A stretch of DNA of 38,246 nucleotides from a virus (IMGVR_UViG_3300038315_000884:1-38246), one strand, 5' to 3'; counted from the first letter of the stretch, positions 16,207 through 25,848 are shown. A program made the numbers and translations. The notes: generated by a model from the letters alone, not told the origin.

Positions 16207-16943
16207 CGTAATGTGGGGCAAGTACAAATGAGGCTAGTGCTGCTCATAGTCGGCCTGATCATCCTGCCCGCGCTTATCCTGATCGGCCTAAGCCACGTCA
16301 GGTTTATGCGGCGCAAGATAACGCCACAGGTGCGGCACGACTGGAAGGACGACCTGCTGATTTATGAGGAGTGGCCCAAGACAGACCGTCCAAGGGGGTT
16401 GATGTGAATGACCAAAACTGGGACGACCTGCTGAAGCGGTGCGCCCTGTTGGGGGTGGGTATCCTGTTTCTTCTGGCCCCGTTTTTTTGGTGGGGCGTCA
16501 CTGTGATTCTCGGATGAAAGACACCAAACTGGACTTCCTGAAGGAGCCGCAGCTTGAAAAGGCCGAGATGCTCGATCTGCCGAAGGAAATATACAGTGCC
16601 ATTGAAGGCCGACTTAGTAGGTACGCTTTCGGGTTGGACGAAACGAAAGGGCTGTCCCGACTGCTACAGGATGCCCGTGAGAAGCCGTTTGTACGAAGTC
16701 GGCCCACCGATACCGCACTTAGTAAGGAATATCGGCGGTGGGGTCGGTGTGGTTAACAAGATAACCTTGAGGTGAGATATGGACACAGAAATAATGGGCA
16801 CAAGTTTTGGTATGAGTACATTTCCAATTGTCGGCGGCGAGGGGCCATGACCGACTACACCATTCCAATTCCGCTTCCGCCCTGTCCTGGTTGGCCGGGC
16901 AGGCCGCCGGGTAAAGGCACAGTAATGTAATCGCCCGAGGGCG

Positions 16944-17094
16944 GGGTTAGCGGCGAATGCTGACAGCCTGATAATGCCGGTCTAAGTCGGCTGCGTACCG
17001 GCCCGTTAACCCATTTAATGCTGCGGTGATATATCCAACGGCAATGTCTTGAGTCGGGTGATGTCGTAAAATGGTGAATGCCCGGCCCGCAGCA
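16944..17094 (+). ncRNA. Two tandem structured RNA-like elements
   Basis: Element 1: GGGTTAGCGG/CCGTTAACCC enclosing GCCGGT/ACCGGC. Element 2: TGCTGCGG/CCGCAGCA enclosing GTCGGGT/GCCCGGC. Each has a potential pseudoknot. Confidence 0.45.
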
Positions 17095-17122
17095 CTTTAA
17101 CTAAGATCAACACGTTGACCTT

Positions 17123-17144
17123 AGCCCCTTCGGGGGCTTTTTTC
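17123..17144 (+). terminator. Intrinsic terminator immediately upstream of the portal gene
   Basis: AGCCCC-TTCG-GGGGCT followed by a T-run. Confidence 0.8.
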
Positions 17145-17155
17145 TTGGAGTATGC

Positions 17156-19438
17156 ATGAGCGAGCAACCCGTTTACGAGAGCGGCTCCTATCGTGCCAGC
17201 GCAGGCCCGTCATTAAGCACCAAAGTTGCGCGCGGCGAGAAGATGACGGAGCAGGAATTAAAGGCCATTGTAGACAGGGAGATACGCCAGAGCATCGACT
17301 ATATCGACGGGGAAATCGGCAACGACCGTAGACTGGCGATAGACCTGTACTACCAGGAGCCGTTTGGCAACGAGCAGGAGGGCCGCAGCGAATATGTAAG
17401 CAGTGATGTGCAGGATACCGTGGAAGGCATGATGCCGTCGCTGATGGAGATATTCGGGTCCGGCGACGAGGTGACCAGTTTTTCCGCAGTCGGGCCGGAG
17501 GACATGGAGGCTGCCGAGCAGGCCACCGATATGTGCAACCATGTCTATCAGAATGACAACGACGGCTACACCAACACCTCCGACTTCATCAAAACCGGGT
17601 TGCTGCAAAAGCAGGGGGTGATGAAGATATGGTGGGACGACACCCCCATTACTAAACGGGAGACAATTGAGAATCTGAATTCGTTGCAACTCCAGGGCAT
17701 GATGGAGGATGACGGGATAGAGTTGGTCGAGCATACCGAGAAACCCGCCCCGCAGGAGTTGATGGAATTCTTCCCTGATGGTGTTGCCCATGACGTGACG
17801 ATCATCAGGACCGCTGAAAACGGCAGGGTAAAACTAGCGGCAATTCCACCCGAGGAGTTTCTTATCTCCCGGCGCAGTGTAAGTCTGGATGAGTCTCGCT
17901 TCCTCTGTCACAAGGTCCAGCGCACTAGAAGTGAATTGTTGGAGATGGGCTTCGATCCTGATATAATCGCAGGACTGCCAACCCATGACGAGCAGGACTA
18001 CAACGAGGAGCGACAAGCAAGATTCCAGGACGAAGAGTGGCTGGATGGGGAAGATACGCTGGACCCTGCGTCTCAGATCATTTGGACCTATGAATGCCAT
18101 ATGAATATCGACTGGGACGGGGACGGCATCCTGGAGCGGCGGCAGGTTACTGTGGCTGGAAGTGGATACACCCTGCTCGAAAATATCGAGGAGGACGACC
18201 ACCCGTTTGTAGACTGGACGCCCATCAAGATGCCGCACAAGTTTTTCGGGCGGTCTATGGCGGACTTGACCAGCGATATCCAGGCAATTAAAAGCACGCT
18301 AGTTAGGATAGGAAATGACAATGCCTACCTCATTAACAATGCGCGCTCTGCCATATCCAATGCCGTGGACCTCGATGACTGGTTGGTTAACCGGCCTGGC
18401 GCTGCCGTACGAGTTGACACTGAAGGCCCCGATGTTGCCGGGCACATTACGCCTATCATTACGCAGCCCCTTGGCGATGTCGTCCTACCCATGTTGGAGT
18501 ACTTCGATAACGTGCGGGAAGTCCGCACCGGGGTTGCGCGGTACAACCAAGGGCTAAACCAGGACGCGCTCCATTCCACCGCTACCGGGGCCAATATCAT
18601 AATGAATCAGGCGCAGAAGCGCATGCTTCTGATTGCCCGCAACGTGGCCGAGATGGGCTTCAAGCGCATTATGAAGAAGATATTACGCTTGTTGATAAAC
18701 CATCAGGACCGCGCACGCACTATCCGGCTCAGGGGCAAGTGGGTGGACATCGACCCCCGCAGTTGGAATGCCGACATGGATGTTACTGTAAATGTCGGGC
18801 TGGGGCACGGGACAAAGGAAAGCCAGGCCCAGTCGGACATGCTCATCCTACAGTTGCAGCAGCAGATCATCCAGATGCAAGGAGGCATCCAGGGACCATT
18901 CGTCATGCCGGACGATGTGTTTACCGTGCTGAAGCGGGTGGCGAAGAATAACGAATATCATCCGGATACCATCTTTACCGATCCCAAGGGGCAACCGCCA
19001 CCGCAGCCGCAGCAAGACCCGAAGGCGATGGAAGCGCAAGCGAAGCTGCAACTGGAGCAGCAGAAATTCCAGATGGACGCCGAGGCCAAGAAGCAGGAAA
19101 TGCAGATGAAGCAGGTCGAGATGCAAACCGAGCTTCAGCAGGACAGGGAAAAGGCCAGTGCGGATATTGCATTGGAGCGGGAGAAATTCCTTGCGGATAT
19201 CGCACTCCAGCGGGAGAAATTCCAGGCCGAGATGGCGCTGGAAAGCCAGAAGGTGGCGGGGGACTTGGCGGTCAAGCAGGCGAGCGCAGAGCACACTGCG
19301 GGGCTCAAGGAAGCGGAGCAGGAAAGCAAGCGGGCGGCAGAAGCATTAGCGGCAGAGAAGTCAAACGGCGAAGATAAGAAGCCCACCGTTAATATCAAGG
19401 TAGAGGCCCCCGAGGGGACGGTGGCAAAACAGACTTAG
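17156..19438 (+). CDS. Portal protein (P22-like podovirus type) with C-terminal coiled-coil barrel
   Basis: 760 aa, follows terL. GNEQEGRS..VS.DV.DTVE..MPSL..IF, PHKFFGRS, RTGV..Y.QG, TATG and a long Q/E/K-rich tail. Confidence 0.93.
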   Translation: MSEQPVYESGSYRASAGPSLSTKVARGEKMTEQELKAIVDREIRQSIDYIDGEIGNDRRLAIDLYYQEPFGNEQEGRSEYVSSDVQDTVEGMMPSLMEIFGSGDEVTSFSAVGPEDMEAAEQATDMCNHVYQNDNDGYTNTSDFIKTGLLQKQGVMKIWWDDTPITKRETIENLNSLQLQGMMEDDGIELVEHTEKPAPQELMEFFPDGVAHDVTIIRTAENGRVKLAAIPPEEFLISRRSVSLDESRFLCHKVQRTRSELLEMGFDPDIIAGLPTHDEQDYNEERQARFQDEEWLDGEDTLDPASQIIWTYECHMNIDWDGDGILERRQVTVAGSGYTLLENIEEDDHPFVDWTPIKMPHKFFGRSMADLTSDIQAIKSTLVRIGNDNAYLINNARSAISNAVDLDDWLVNRPGAAVRVDTEGPDVAGHITPIITQPLGDVVLPMLEYFDNVREVRTGVARYNQGLNQDALHSTATGANIIMNQAQKRMLLIARNVAEMGFKRIMKKILRLLINHQDRARTIRLRGKWVDIDPRSWNADMDVTVNVGLGHGTKESQAQSDMLILQLQQQIIQMQGGIQGPFVMPDDVFTVLKRVAKNNEYHPDTIFTDPKGQPPPQPQQDPKAMEAQAKLQLEQQKFQMDAEAKKQEMQMKQVEMQTELQQDREKASADIALEREKFLADIALQREKFQAEMALESQKVAGDLAVKQASAEHTAGLKEAEQESKRAAEALAAEKSNGEDKKPTVNIKVEAPEGTVAKQT

Positions 19439-19715
19439 AATTCCTCGCCCAGCAATGGGCCGAGGATGCGCGAGGGTAATGCGGAAACCCCGTCCGATGT
19501 TGCCTGCGGCTGCAAAGCCCCCCGGGTCGGCACTGCCCGGGGACGCGCCTCAATTGGCTCACTTAAAGGGCCCTATTGTCTCACTTAACGCGGATATTGT
19601 CACGGATAAGGTTAACAAGGAGTGGCTTGGCGAAGCGCTGGCCCAAGCTGAAAAACGAGCAAAGCAGCGCGATGAGGAGGCTCTTATGATCCTCCTACTA
19701 GCAATGGAGTAATGC

Positions 19716-20174
19716 ATGCCAAGTATGTTTGACCGGCCCAGTATGTTTGGAGGAGGGGCGGTTAGACAGCCACATGCGCAAGAGATTGAGTATTTTAAGG
19801 TAAATCCCGGAGTTGCTGGCATGGCAACAGAAGATGGGCGTGTTGTTTTAAATCCGTTTATTGATCTAAAGCCGCAAGAGCGGGAGTCTGTCGTTTTAAA
19901 CGAAATGGCTCGCCTTAAAATGCGCGAAGAGATGCAATCACAGCGCCCTGACTTTAAATTAACTCCGCAACAAATACGGGGGCTGATGGGGACGCCCTAT
20001 CAGGATAATCCTCAAGCTTCTCGGGAAACAATAGCGGCACGCCTTTTGTCGGGCGACCCATCGTCAGGGTTACAGACATTCGATCAAATGGATTTTGTGC
20101 GCGGCTTGGCGGCGCGTATGGGTATCAATCAACAAAGGGGCCTCGCGGGCGCTGGCCGTGGCCTGAATAATTAA
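19716..20174 (+). CDS. Hypothetical protein
   Basis: 152 aa ORF between portal and scaffold with GGAG RBS. Confidence 0.6.
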   Translation: MPSMFDRPSMFGGGAVRQPHAQEIEYFKVNPGVAGMATEDGRVVLNPFIDLKPQERESVVLNEMARLKMREEMQSQRPDFKLTPQQIRGLMGTPYQDNPQASRETIAARLLSGDPSSGLQTFDQMDFVRGLAARMGINQQRGLAGAGRGLNN

Positions 20175-20362
20175 AGCAGCGCAAACAAACTGGAGTAGAA
20201 TATGACACACGGCAAAACTTACGAAAAAGGCGTTTCCGTCAGCACCAAGAAGCAGTCTGAGGGCAACGACAAGCTGAAGACTTCCCGCCTCAACAGTGGT
20301 GGCGACCACTACTGGAAAGGCAAGCGGTCCAAGGCGAAGATGCTGAAAGGCATGAAGTACTA

Positions 20363-20572
20363 ATGAAAGGCCGTAAGCACCGCGCAGTAGGGGCTTACAA
20401 AGGCGAGCCGCTGCAAAAGGGCTCGACCAAGGGCGGCGACAGTTATGCCGTCACCGGCAGCGACACCTACGACAAGGGGACTACATTGTCCTCCATGTCA
20501 TTCAAGGGTGAAAACCACCGCAGCGCAGATCGTTGGGTTGCGGCCAAGAAGGTTGGACACCACACCTCGTGA
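20363..20572 (+). CDS. Small basic hypothetical protein
   Basis: Coupled to an upstream Lys-rich ORF (about 20202-20363) and to the downstream ORF. Confidence 0.55.
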   Translation: MKGRKHRAVGAYKGEPLQKGSTKGGDSYAVTGSDTYDKGTTLSSMSFKGENHRSADRWVAAKKVGHHTS

Positions 20573-20877
20573 ATCTTGACGAGGAAGGTGCGGAGGTAAG
20601 GAAGGAAACCAGAGGTCGTCTTGCAGACCAGATGCAGGACAACGAGGTCTTCCGTGACGCAATTCAGAAGTTGCGCGACCGCGCCTTGCACGACTTTAAA
20701 ACAGCGGAGCCGAATGACGCAGAGGCCCTGATGACCGCCCGCTTGCGGTTTGCGGTGGTCGAGCAATTCATCCGCGACATTGTTTATGTAAGCAAGACGG
20801 GCAAACTCGCCCGCACCGCTCTCCAGCACTGGCGAGAAAAGGTCCAGCAAGCGAAGGAGCGAAAACGCAGCCAGTAA
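20569..20877 (+). CDS. Conserved head-region hypothetical protein
   Basis: GTG start overlaps the upstream stop. Small helical protein in the usual position before the scaffold. Confidence 0.65.
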   Translation: MNLDEEGAEVRKETRGRLADQMQDNEVFRDAIQKLRDRALHDFKTAEPNDAEALMTARLRFAVVEQFIRDIVYVSKTGKLARTALQHWREKVQQAKERKRSQ

Positions 20878-20935
20878 CCTTCGGGACTGGCGAAGGCCGC
20901 AGCGATGCGTCCGATTCCCTTAGATGGAGTTACCA

Positions 20936-22081
20936 ATGTCAGAAGATACAGCATCCCCGGAAGGGACTGTAACGAGCGTCGATATCCCGGCCAAGAGTTT
21001 AGACGGCTCGGATGCGGCGGCCCTAGACCTAATCGAAAGTCGGCTCTCTCCATTCCATGGAGGACCAGAGCGGACTGACGAAGACCCCGATGAGATTACC
21101 CCTGTAGAGGAATCTCAAGCGGAGGATGCAACCGAGGAAGTCCCTGCGGAAACAGAGGCCGAGGAAGCACCCGAAACGGAAGAAACTGAGGTAGAAGAGC
21201 CTACCGAAGAGCCCGAGTGGGTATTGCCCGAGGAATGGACCGTTGACGAGATGGCTGAGGCCATTGGGGTTGAGCCCGATGCGCTGAAGAAAAGTCTCAG
21301 ACACGGCGACCAGTCCTTGGACGATGCGCTCAAGGGTACTCTAAGGGAGGCCGACTACACTCAGAAAACCCAAGCGTTGTCTGCCGACCGCAAGGCCTTC
21401 GAGGCCGAGCGCGAGGAAACAACGCAACAGTGGCAGCAACGGTTTCAGCAGATCGACAATATCGGAGCCCTGCTTGCCCAGCAATTGGACACCGGGCCGA
21501 CTGAGGAAGACCTACTCAGGCTACTCGACCCCAACATGGCCGAGTATGATCCGGACAGCTACCACAGGCTCAAGGCCGAGCGTGACCTGAAGATGAGCGG
21601 CATGCAGGAATTCGCCGCGCAGCGACAGCAACTCATGCAGCAGGCCGCCGACGAGCAGCAGCAGAAGATACAAGCATATCGTACCGAGCAGCAGGAAATT
21701 GCTCGCACGAAACTGCCTGAATTAGCCACCCAAGAGGGCACGGCGAAATTCCAGGCCAGGCTTGAGGATCAACTGCCGCAGCATTTCGGCTTCTCGGTAG
21801 AGGAAGTAGGCCAGTGGATGAATGGCGCATGGGATGTGCGTCAGCTTCAACTGATCGACGCCGCGTTGAAATACATGGCGTTAGAGACCAAAAAGCCTGA
21901 ATTGGCTAAGAAGCTGAAGCCGCTCCCGAAAGTCCAAAAGCCGGGTGTGCAGCAAGGCAAGGCCGATACGACTGCCAAGGACCAAGCCGCCCTCCGTAAA
22001 CGCTTGAAAACCGGTACACGCCAGCAACGCGATGAGGCTGCGCTGGGGATGATGGACCGGATGTCCCTCTTCAAGGAGTAA
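20936..22081 (+). CDS. Capsid scaffolding protein
   Basis: Acidic N-terminus, LKGTLREADYTQKTQAL motif, coiled coil and PKVQKPG; directly before the MCP. Confidence 0.88.
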   Translation: MSEDTASPEGTVTSVDIPAKSLDGSDAAALDLIESRLSPFHGGPERTDEDPDEITPVEESQAEDATEEVPAETEAEEAPETEETEVEEPTEEPEWVLPEEWTVDEMAEAIGVEPDALKKSLRHGDQSLDDALKGTLREADYTQKTQALSADRKAFEAEREETTQQWQQRFQQIDNIGALLAQQLDTGPTEEDLLRLLDPNMAEYDPDSYHRLKAERDLKMSGMQEFAAQRQQLMQQAADEQQQKIQAYRTEQQEIARTKLPELATQEGTAKFQARLEDQLPQHFGFSVEEVGQWMNGAWDVRQLQLIDAALKYMALETKKPELAKKLKPLPKVQKPGVQQGKADTTAKDQAALRKRLKTGTRQQRDEAALGMMDRMSLFKE

Positions 22082-22084
22082 CAC

Positions 22085-23292
22085 ATGACGCTAACTACAA
22101 ATGTGTTTACCCAATTTGATGCGGCGGGCAACAGAGAAGATTTGAGCGATTTCATTTGGGACGTAAGCCCAACGGATACGCCCTTTGTCTCCTCGATTGC
22201 CAAGACCACATCAACTGCGGTTAAGCACGAATGGATGACCGACGCATTAGCAGATGCGGCGTCTAACCAACAGTTGGAAGGCGACAGCATTAGTGCTGCG
22301 GCTTCCACGGCAACCACGCGCTTGGATAACGTAAACCAGATCAGCTACAAGGCTCTGGGCGTTTCCGGCACGCAGGAAGCCATCATCAAGGCCGGGCGCA
22401 AATCAGAATTAAAATACCAAATTCTGAAGTGCTCAAAAGAGCTAAAGCGTGGAATTTTTTATCGCGCCCTTGCTGCGTAAGCAGTAAGTTAACATCCCGT
22501 GAATTGCTGGGAGCCCTTCGGGGTAATCAGCAGCCAAGCCGCCACCGAAAGGGGCGGACGGTCCAGAGACTAGGCCATGGAGCCCTTCGGGGCAGTAAAG
22601 GTCCACGAGCGCGGGACACCCTTCGGGGTGATGATATAGTCCGATACTCCGGTGAAAACCGGAGACTGAGGATAAAGAGCCTCAGATAACATCTGGATAT
22701 CGAATTAGCTCTTCTGGCTAGCAACGCCAAGGTTACTGGTAACACCACGACGGCCCGTGAGACTGCGGGTTACCCGACCTGGATGCTGACCAACACCAAC
22801 CGTGGCACTGGGGGTGCGAATCCCACCGGCGACGGCTCCGATACGCCCACCAACGGCACCAAGCGTGCGTTTTCCGAGACTATCGTGAAGGACGTGCTGC
22901 GGCAGTGTTTCGAGGAAGGCGGCGATCCGGACTGCATCCTTGCCGGGCCTGCTCACAAGCAGGACTTCAGTGGCTTTACCGGCAACGCCACACGCTTTAA
23001 GGGTGCTGAAGACAACACCCTTGTCGCTTCAATTGAAATTTACAGGAGCGATTTTGGCGATTTGCAAGTAAAACCAGCAAGATATCTAAACGGCGTCAGT
23101 GGTACTGACACCACGGGTATCCGTGAAGCGTTGGTGATCCAGACCGATATGTGGGCATTAGCTACGTTGCGTGCGCCGCATATGTTTGATCTCGCCCGAG
23201 ATGGCGATAGCGAAAGGCGCGTTGTCTTAGCTGAGTACGCACTCGAATCCCGCAATGAGAAGGCCAGCGGCATAGCAGCTGACCTGAGTTAG
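22085..23292 (+). CDS. Major capsid protein (DUF5309/SU10-like), spliced from exon 1 (22085-22450) and exon 2 (22696-23292), 320 aa
   Basis: GNREDLSDFI.DVSPTDTPF...HEW.TD.L. Joining the exons restores KELKR|DIELALL in frame with the 22783 ORF ending RNEKASGIAADL. Confidence 0.93.
22451..22695 (+). ncRNA. Group I self-splicing intron without ORF, 245 nt
   Basis: The 5' exon ends in U and the intron ends in G. Conserved P GAATTGCTGG, Q AATCAGCAG, R CAGAGACTA and S GATATAGTCC. The internal guide TATCGCGC pairs with both exon ends. UUCG/GAAA-capped hairpins. Confidence 0.93.
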
Positions 23293-23313
23293 AGCGAGGG
23301 AAAGGAGAAACCT

Positions 23314-23853
23314 ATGAAGAAAATCCTTTCAATTGCTCTGGCACTCACTCTTGGACTGTTTGGCCTGGCTTATGCCGGGTACAACGTGCAGGAGCCCGAC
23401 TGGGGTGGATCAAGCATGGTCCACACCGATGGTAGCTCTATCGGCCACGGTGACGCCGGAATGGCGTTTTCCGTTACCGGCATTGATAGTGCAGCCACCT
23501 ACTATGTCACGAGCGCCAAGAATGGGCGGATTACCAAAATCTTCGCCGCTCTTGGTACTGTGTTGGCATCTGGGCCTAGCCCGGTCTTTACAATCTTCAT
23601 CGACAAAGAGTCCGACGCAGTAGGGCAGTTTAGCCGGGTCAGCGACCTGTCTAACGAGTCCTTGGCGGACCTTTCGCAGATTGTCTGGGCCGACGATGGC
23701 ATCGCGACGGGCACGGCAGGGTCGCAGACCTTTGTCGTATTCGCTGCGAAGGTCACTAGCTCGTATATCAGCGCGGGCGATGTGATTGCCATTGTAGGCG
23801 ACGGCGGTGGAGTCGGCGGACTGGACGCCACATTCACTATCGTTATCGAGTAG
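23314..23853 (+). CDS. Putative capsid decoration/fibre-like protein with N-terminal signal peptide
   Basis: Immediately follows the MCP. Beta-rich, G/S/T/A-rich body. MKKILSIALALTLGLFGLAYA is a classic Sec/SPI signal. Confidence 0.6.
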   Translation: MKKILSIALALTLGLFGLAYAGYNVQEPDWGGSSMVHTDGSSIGHGDAGMAFSVTGIDSAATYYVTSAKNGRITKIFAALGTVLASGPSPVFTIFIDKESDAVGQFSRVSDLSNESLADLSQIVWADDGIATGTAGSQTFVVFAAKVTSSYISAGDVIAIVGDGGGVGGLDATFTIVIE

Positions 23854-23854
23854 A

Positions 23855-25075
23855 ATGGGCTGGCTCGCGGCAATACTGATTGTCGCGGGCCTTTCCCTTC
23901 ACGGGGTTGGGACGTTTAACCCCGACCCGCCTAAATGGCTGGCGATCTACGGCTTTTTCCTGGTCTTTAGTATCTGGCTGTTTTTTGCCAAGCCCAAGAT
24001 GACCCCCGCTGTATGGGGTTTGCTGGCATTTCTATGCTGGTGCGCTTTAAGTCTCCTGTGGTCGCCTGATTGGCGCGCAGGGGTGTTGCGCCTTCAGCAT
24101 CTAGCCGCACTCTCGGGAGTGTTTTGCTGGGTGTTGTGGGCGAAGCATCCGTTGAAGGCAATATTGCCTGCAGTTACCATATCGGGAATTCTCGCGGGCG
24201 GTTTTTATCTCTACCACGACCAGAAATTCTGGGCCGGATACGGGAATGAGGTGTTTCTGGCGGAATATCTGATACTGAGCCTGCCGTTTTGCCTGTGCGC
24301 CATACTTTCCAGCCGCCGCTGGGTGCAAGTGTGTGGCATTTTTGCAACAATGGCCGGATTAGTACTGCTAACGCTAAACCTCTCAGACACCCGCTGGGCG
24401 GCGCTGGGTGGCTTTTGCGTGCTTTGGCTACTTTGGCACCGGAAATGGTACTATGCCGCCCTATCCGTCCTTATACCGCTCAACGGGGCACTTCTGGCCG
24501 GGTGGTTTAGCGGCGAGACGCTCAGCAGCATCAGGGACAGGGCGGAAATCTGGTACAACACATCTGTTATGTGGCTGGATTACCCCTTGTTTGGAGTTGG
24601 AATAGGTAATTTCAACTATGTCTACTACAGATATCAGGAAATGCATACGGAGGTATTCACTTGGGGGACGCTGTTAAAAAGAGCGAATGTGTATGCGGGA
24701 GCGGCTCACAACGAAGGCTTACAAATGTTGGCCGAGTTAGGGGCCGTTGGGCTGTTGTTGCTCCTTATTTTCATGACCCTATGTTTATACCGCAGTCGGA
24801 GTGGTCTTGGCCTGTCGATACTCGCATGTGCCCTCGCTGTGGGGAGCCTAGGTTTCCCGACGCAAAACCCGGCGACGGCCCTGCTGATCGCGATGGGGAT
24901 GGGTCTTGCGGCTAGGGAGGTACGTTATCCTGCTTACCGCACTGTCGGTGCTCGTATCGGGGGTGTTTTGGTTTCAATCCCTGCGGCACTTTGGGGCGGC
25001 ACGGGCCTTGATAAGGACCAACGCTTTCGCCGCATTCAAGGCCGAGATGGCCGCGCTGGAAATATACCAGCTTGA
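23855..25075 (+). CDS. O-antigen ligase / O-oligosaccharyltransferase (Wzy_C) family membrane protein, main part
   Basis: About 10-12 hydrophobic segments; SIRDRAEIW...PLFGVGIGNF...AHNEGLQMLAELGAVG signature. Confidence 0.85.
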   Translation: MGWLAAILIVAGLSLHGVGTFNPDPPKWLAIYGFFLVFSIWLFFAKPKMTPAVWGLLAFLCWCALSLLWSPDWRAGVLRLQHLAALSGVFCWVLWAKHPLKAILPAVTISGILAGGFYLYHDQKFWAGYGNEVFLAEYLILSLPFCLCAILSSRRWVQVCGIFATMAGLVLLTLNLSDTRWAALGGFCVLWLLWHRKWYYAALSVLIPLNGALLAGWFSGETLSSIRDRAEIWYNTSVMWLDYPLFGVGIGNFNYVYYRYQEMHTEVFTWGTLLKRANVYAGAAHNEGLQMLAELGAVGLLLLLIFMTLCLYRSRSGLGLSILACALAVGSLGFPTQNPATALLIAMGMGLAAREVRYPAYRTVGARIGGVLVSIPAALWGGTGLDKDQRFRRIQGRDGRAGNIPA

Positions 25076-25484
25076 TCCCACGATACGAAAGAATTTAGCC
25101 CTGATCCTGGTTACCCTGGTTGCCGAAAGACCGCCCGGGAAAGTGCAGATCGGCCCGAAGGCGGCGGACAGGGCACATGCGATATCCTCTACAGCGGCCA
25201 AGCACAGTCCTGCGGTGCTGATGATCAGGGCAAACTACCTGCTGAAGTCGGGTAGGTGGGAGGAGAGCAACGAAATTAACGAGGTGCTGAAAGAGCTACG
25301 TCATCACGGCACTTTGCACTCGGGCACATGGCTGGTGGAAGCGATGCACGCGGCCAAGGTAGGTGACCCGGCTAGGGCGGCCAGGGCTGCCGAGAAGGGG
25401 CTGCGACTGCCCAACGCCCATCCAGACCACCGGATTAGATTCAACAGGCTCTTGGAGGCTTTCAGGAAAATGCGACATGAATAA
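24906..25484 (+). CDS. TM plus helical/TPR-like domain, probably the frameshifted C-terminus of the O-antigen ligase-like protein
   Basis: Overlaps the previous ORF by 170 nt in the +1 frame and begins with a TM helix where the upstream frame loses its hydrophobic pattern. Confidence 0.55.
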   Translation: MRLGRYVILLTALSVLVSGVFWFQSLRHFGAARALIRTNAFAAFKAEMAALEIYQLDPTIRKNLALILVTLVAERPPGKVQIGPKAADRAHAISSTAAKHSPAVLMIRANYLLKSGRWEESNEINEVLKELRHHGTLHSGTWLVEAMHAAKVGDPARAARAAEKGLRLPNAHPDHRIRFNRLLEAFRKMRHE

Positions 25485-25848
25485 ACTGCGAATGGCGATC
25501 TTCTGCATTGCTCTGGCGTTTACGGCCGAGGCAATGGCGGATCATCTTCTCTACCCGGCGACCGGTACGGACGATAGTCTTACCACCGGGGCTACTTTTA
25601 TCCACGACGAGGAGCCTCTTGGCCCCCATACGGAAGCCTTGCGTATCGTGGCTGATGAGGCGTCCTTTATCATGCTGGGGGTAAGCAGTGGTATTGGCGA
25701 CAATCAAGAGGGTATCGCCAGCAATACTACCGGCTTCTTCATCCCGGCGGATACCGAGATTATCATTGGCGTACACGGTGGAGAATACATCTCGGCCCGC
25801 GCCAGCGATACGGGTGGGATGATTTATCTGCACGAATTGACTCGGTAG
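25477..25848 (+). CDS. Small virion-type protein with N-terminal signal peptide
   Basis: MNKLRMAIFCIALAFTAEAMA (A-x-A). The body LRIVAD...FFIPADTE...GEYISA resembles small post-capsid proteins of podoviruses. Confidence 0.6.
   Translation: MNKLRMAIFCIALAFTAEAMADHLLYPATGTDDSLTTGATFIHDEEPLGPHTEALRIVADEASFIMLGVSSGIGDNQEGIASNTTGFFIPADTEIIIGVHGGEYISARASDTGGMIYLHELTR

Noticed and set aside
16213-16930. Holin/lysis cassette among small hydrophobic ORFs after terL
   Set aside because: Single hydrophobic stretches are present, but no endolysin or spanin motif is nearby, so the call is unsupported.
16944-17094. tRNA genes, or twister/hammerhead ribozyme
   Set aside because: There is no D-arm, anticodon arm or TTCRA loop. 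AATGCCGGTC resembles twister and CTGATAA resembles hammerhead, but the other required core elements are missing.
19140-19240. DNA direct repeat GCGGATAT.GCA....AGCGGGAGAAATTCC in the portal gene
   Set aside because: It encodes the ADIALEREKF/ADIALQREKF coiled-coil repeat and is explained at protein level.
14049-19398. Many minus-strand and alternate-frame ORFs inside terL and portal
   Set aside because: These are shadow ORFs of long GC-rich genes with no recognisable motifs.
22085-23292. Capsid pseudogene or two separate genes
   Set aside because: A group I intron with correct splice sites explains the break and restores the frame.
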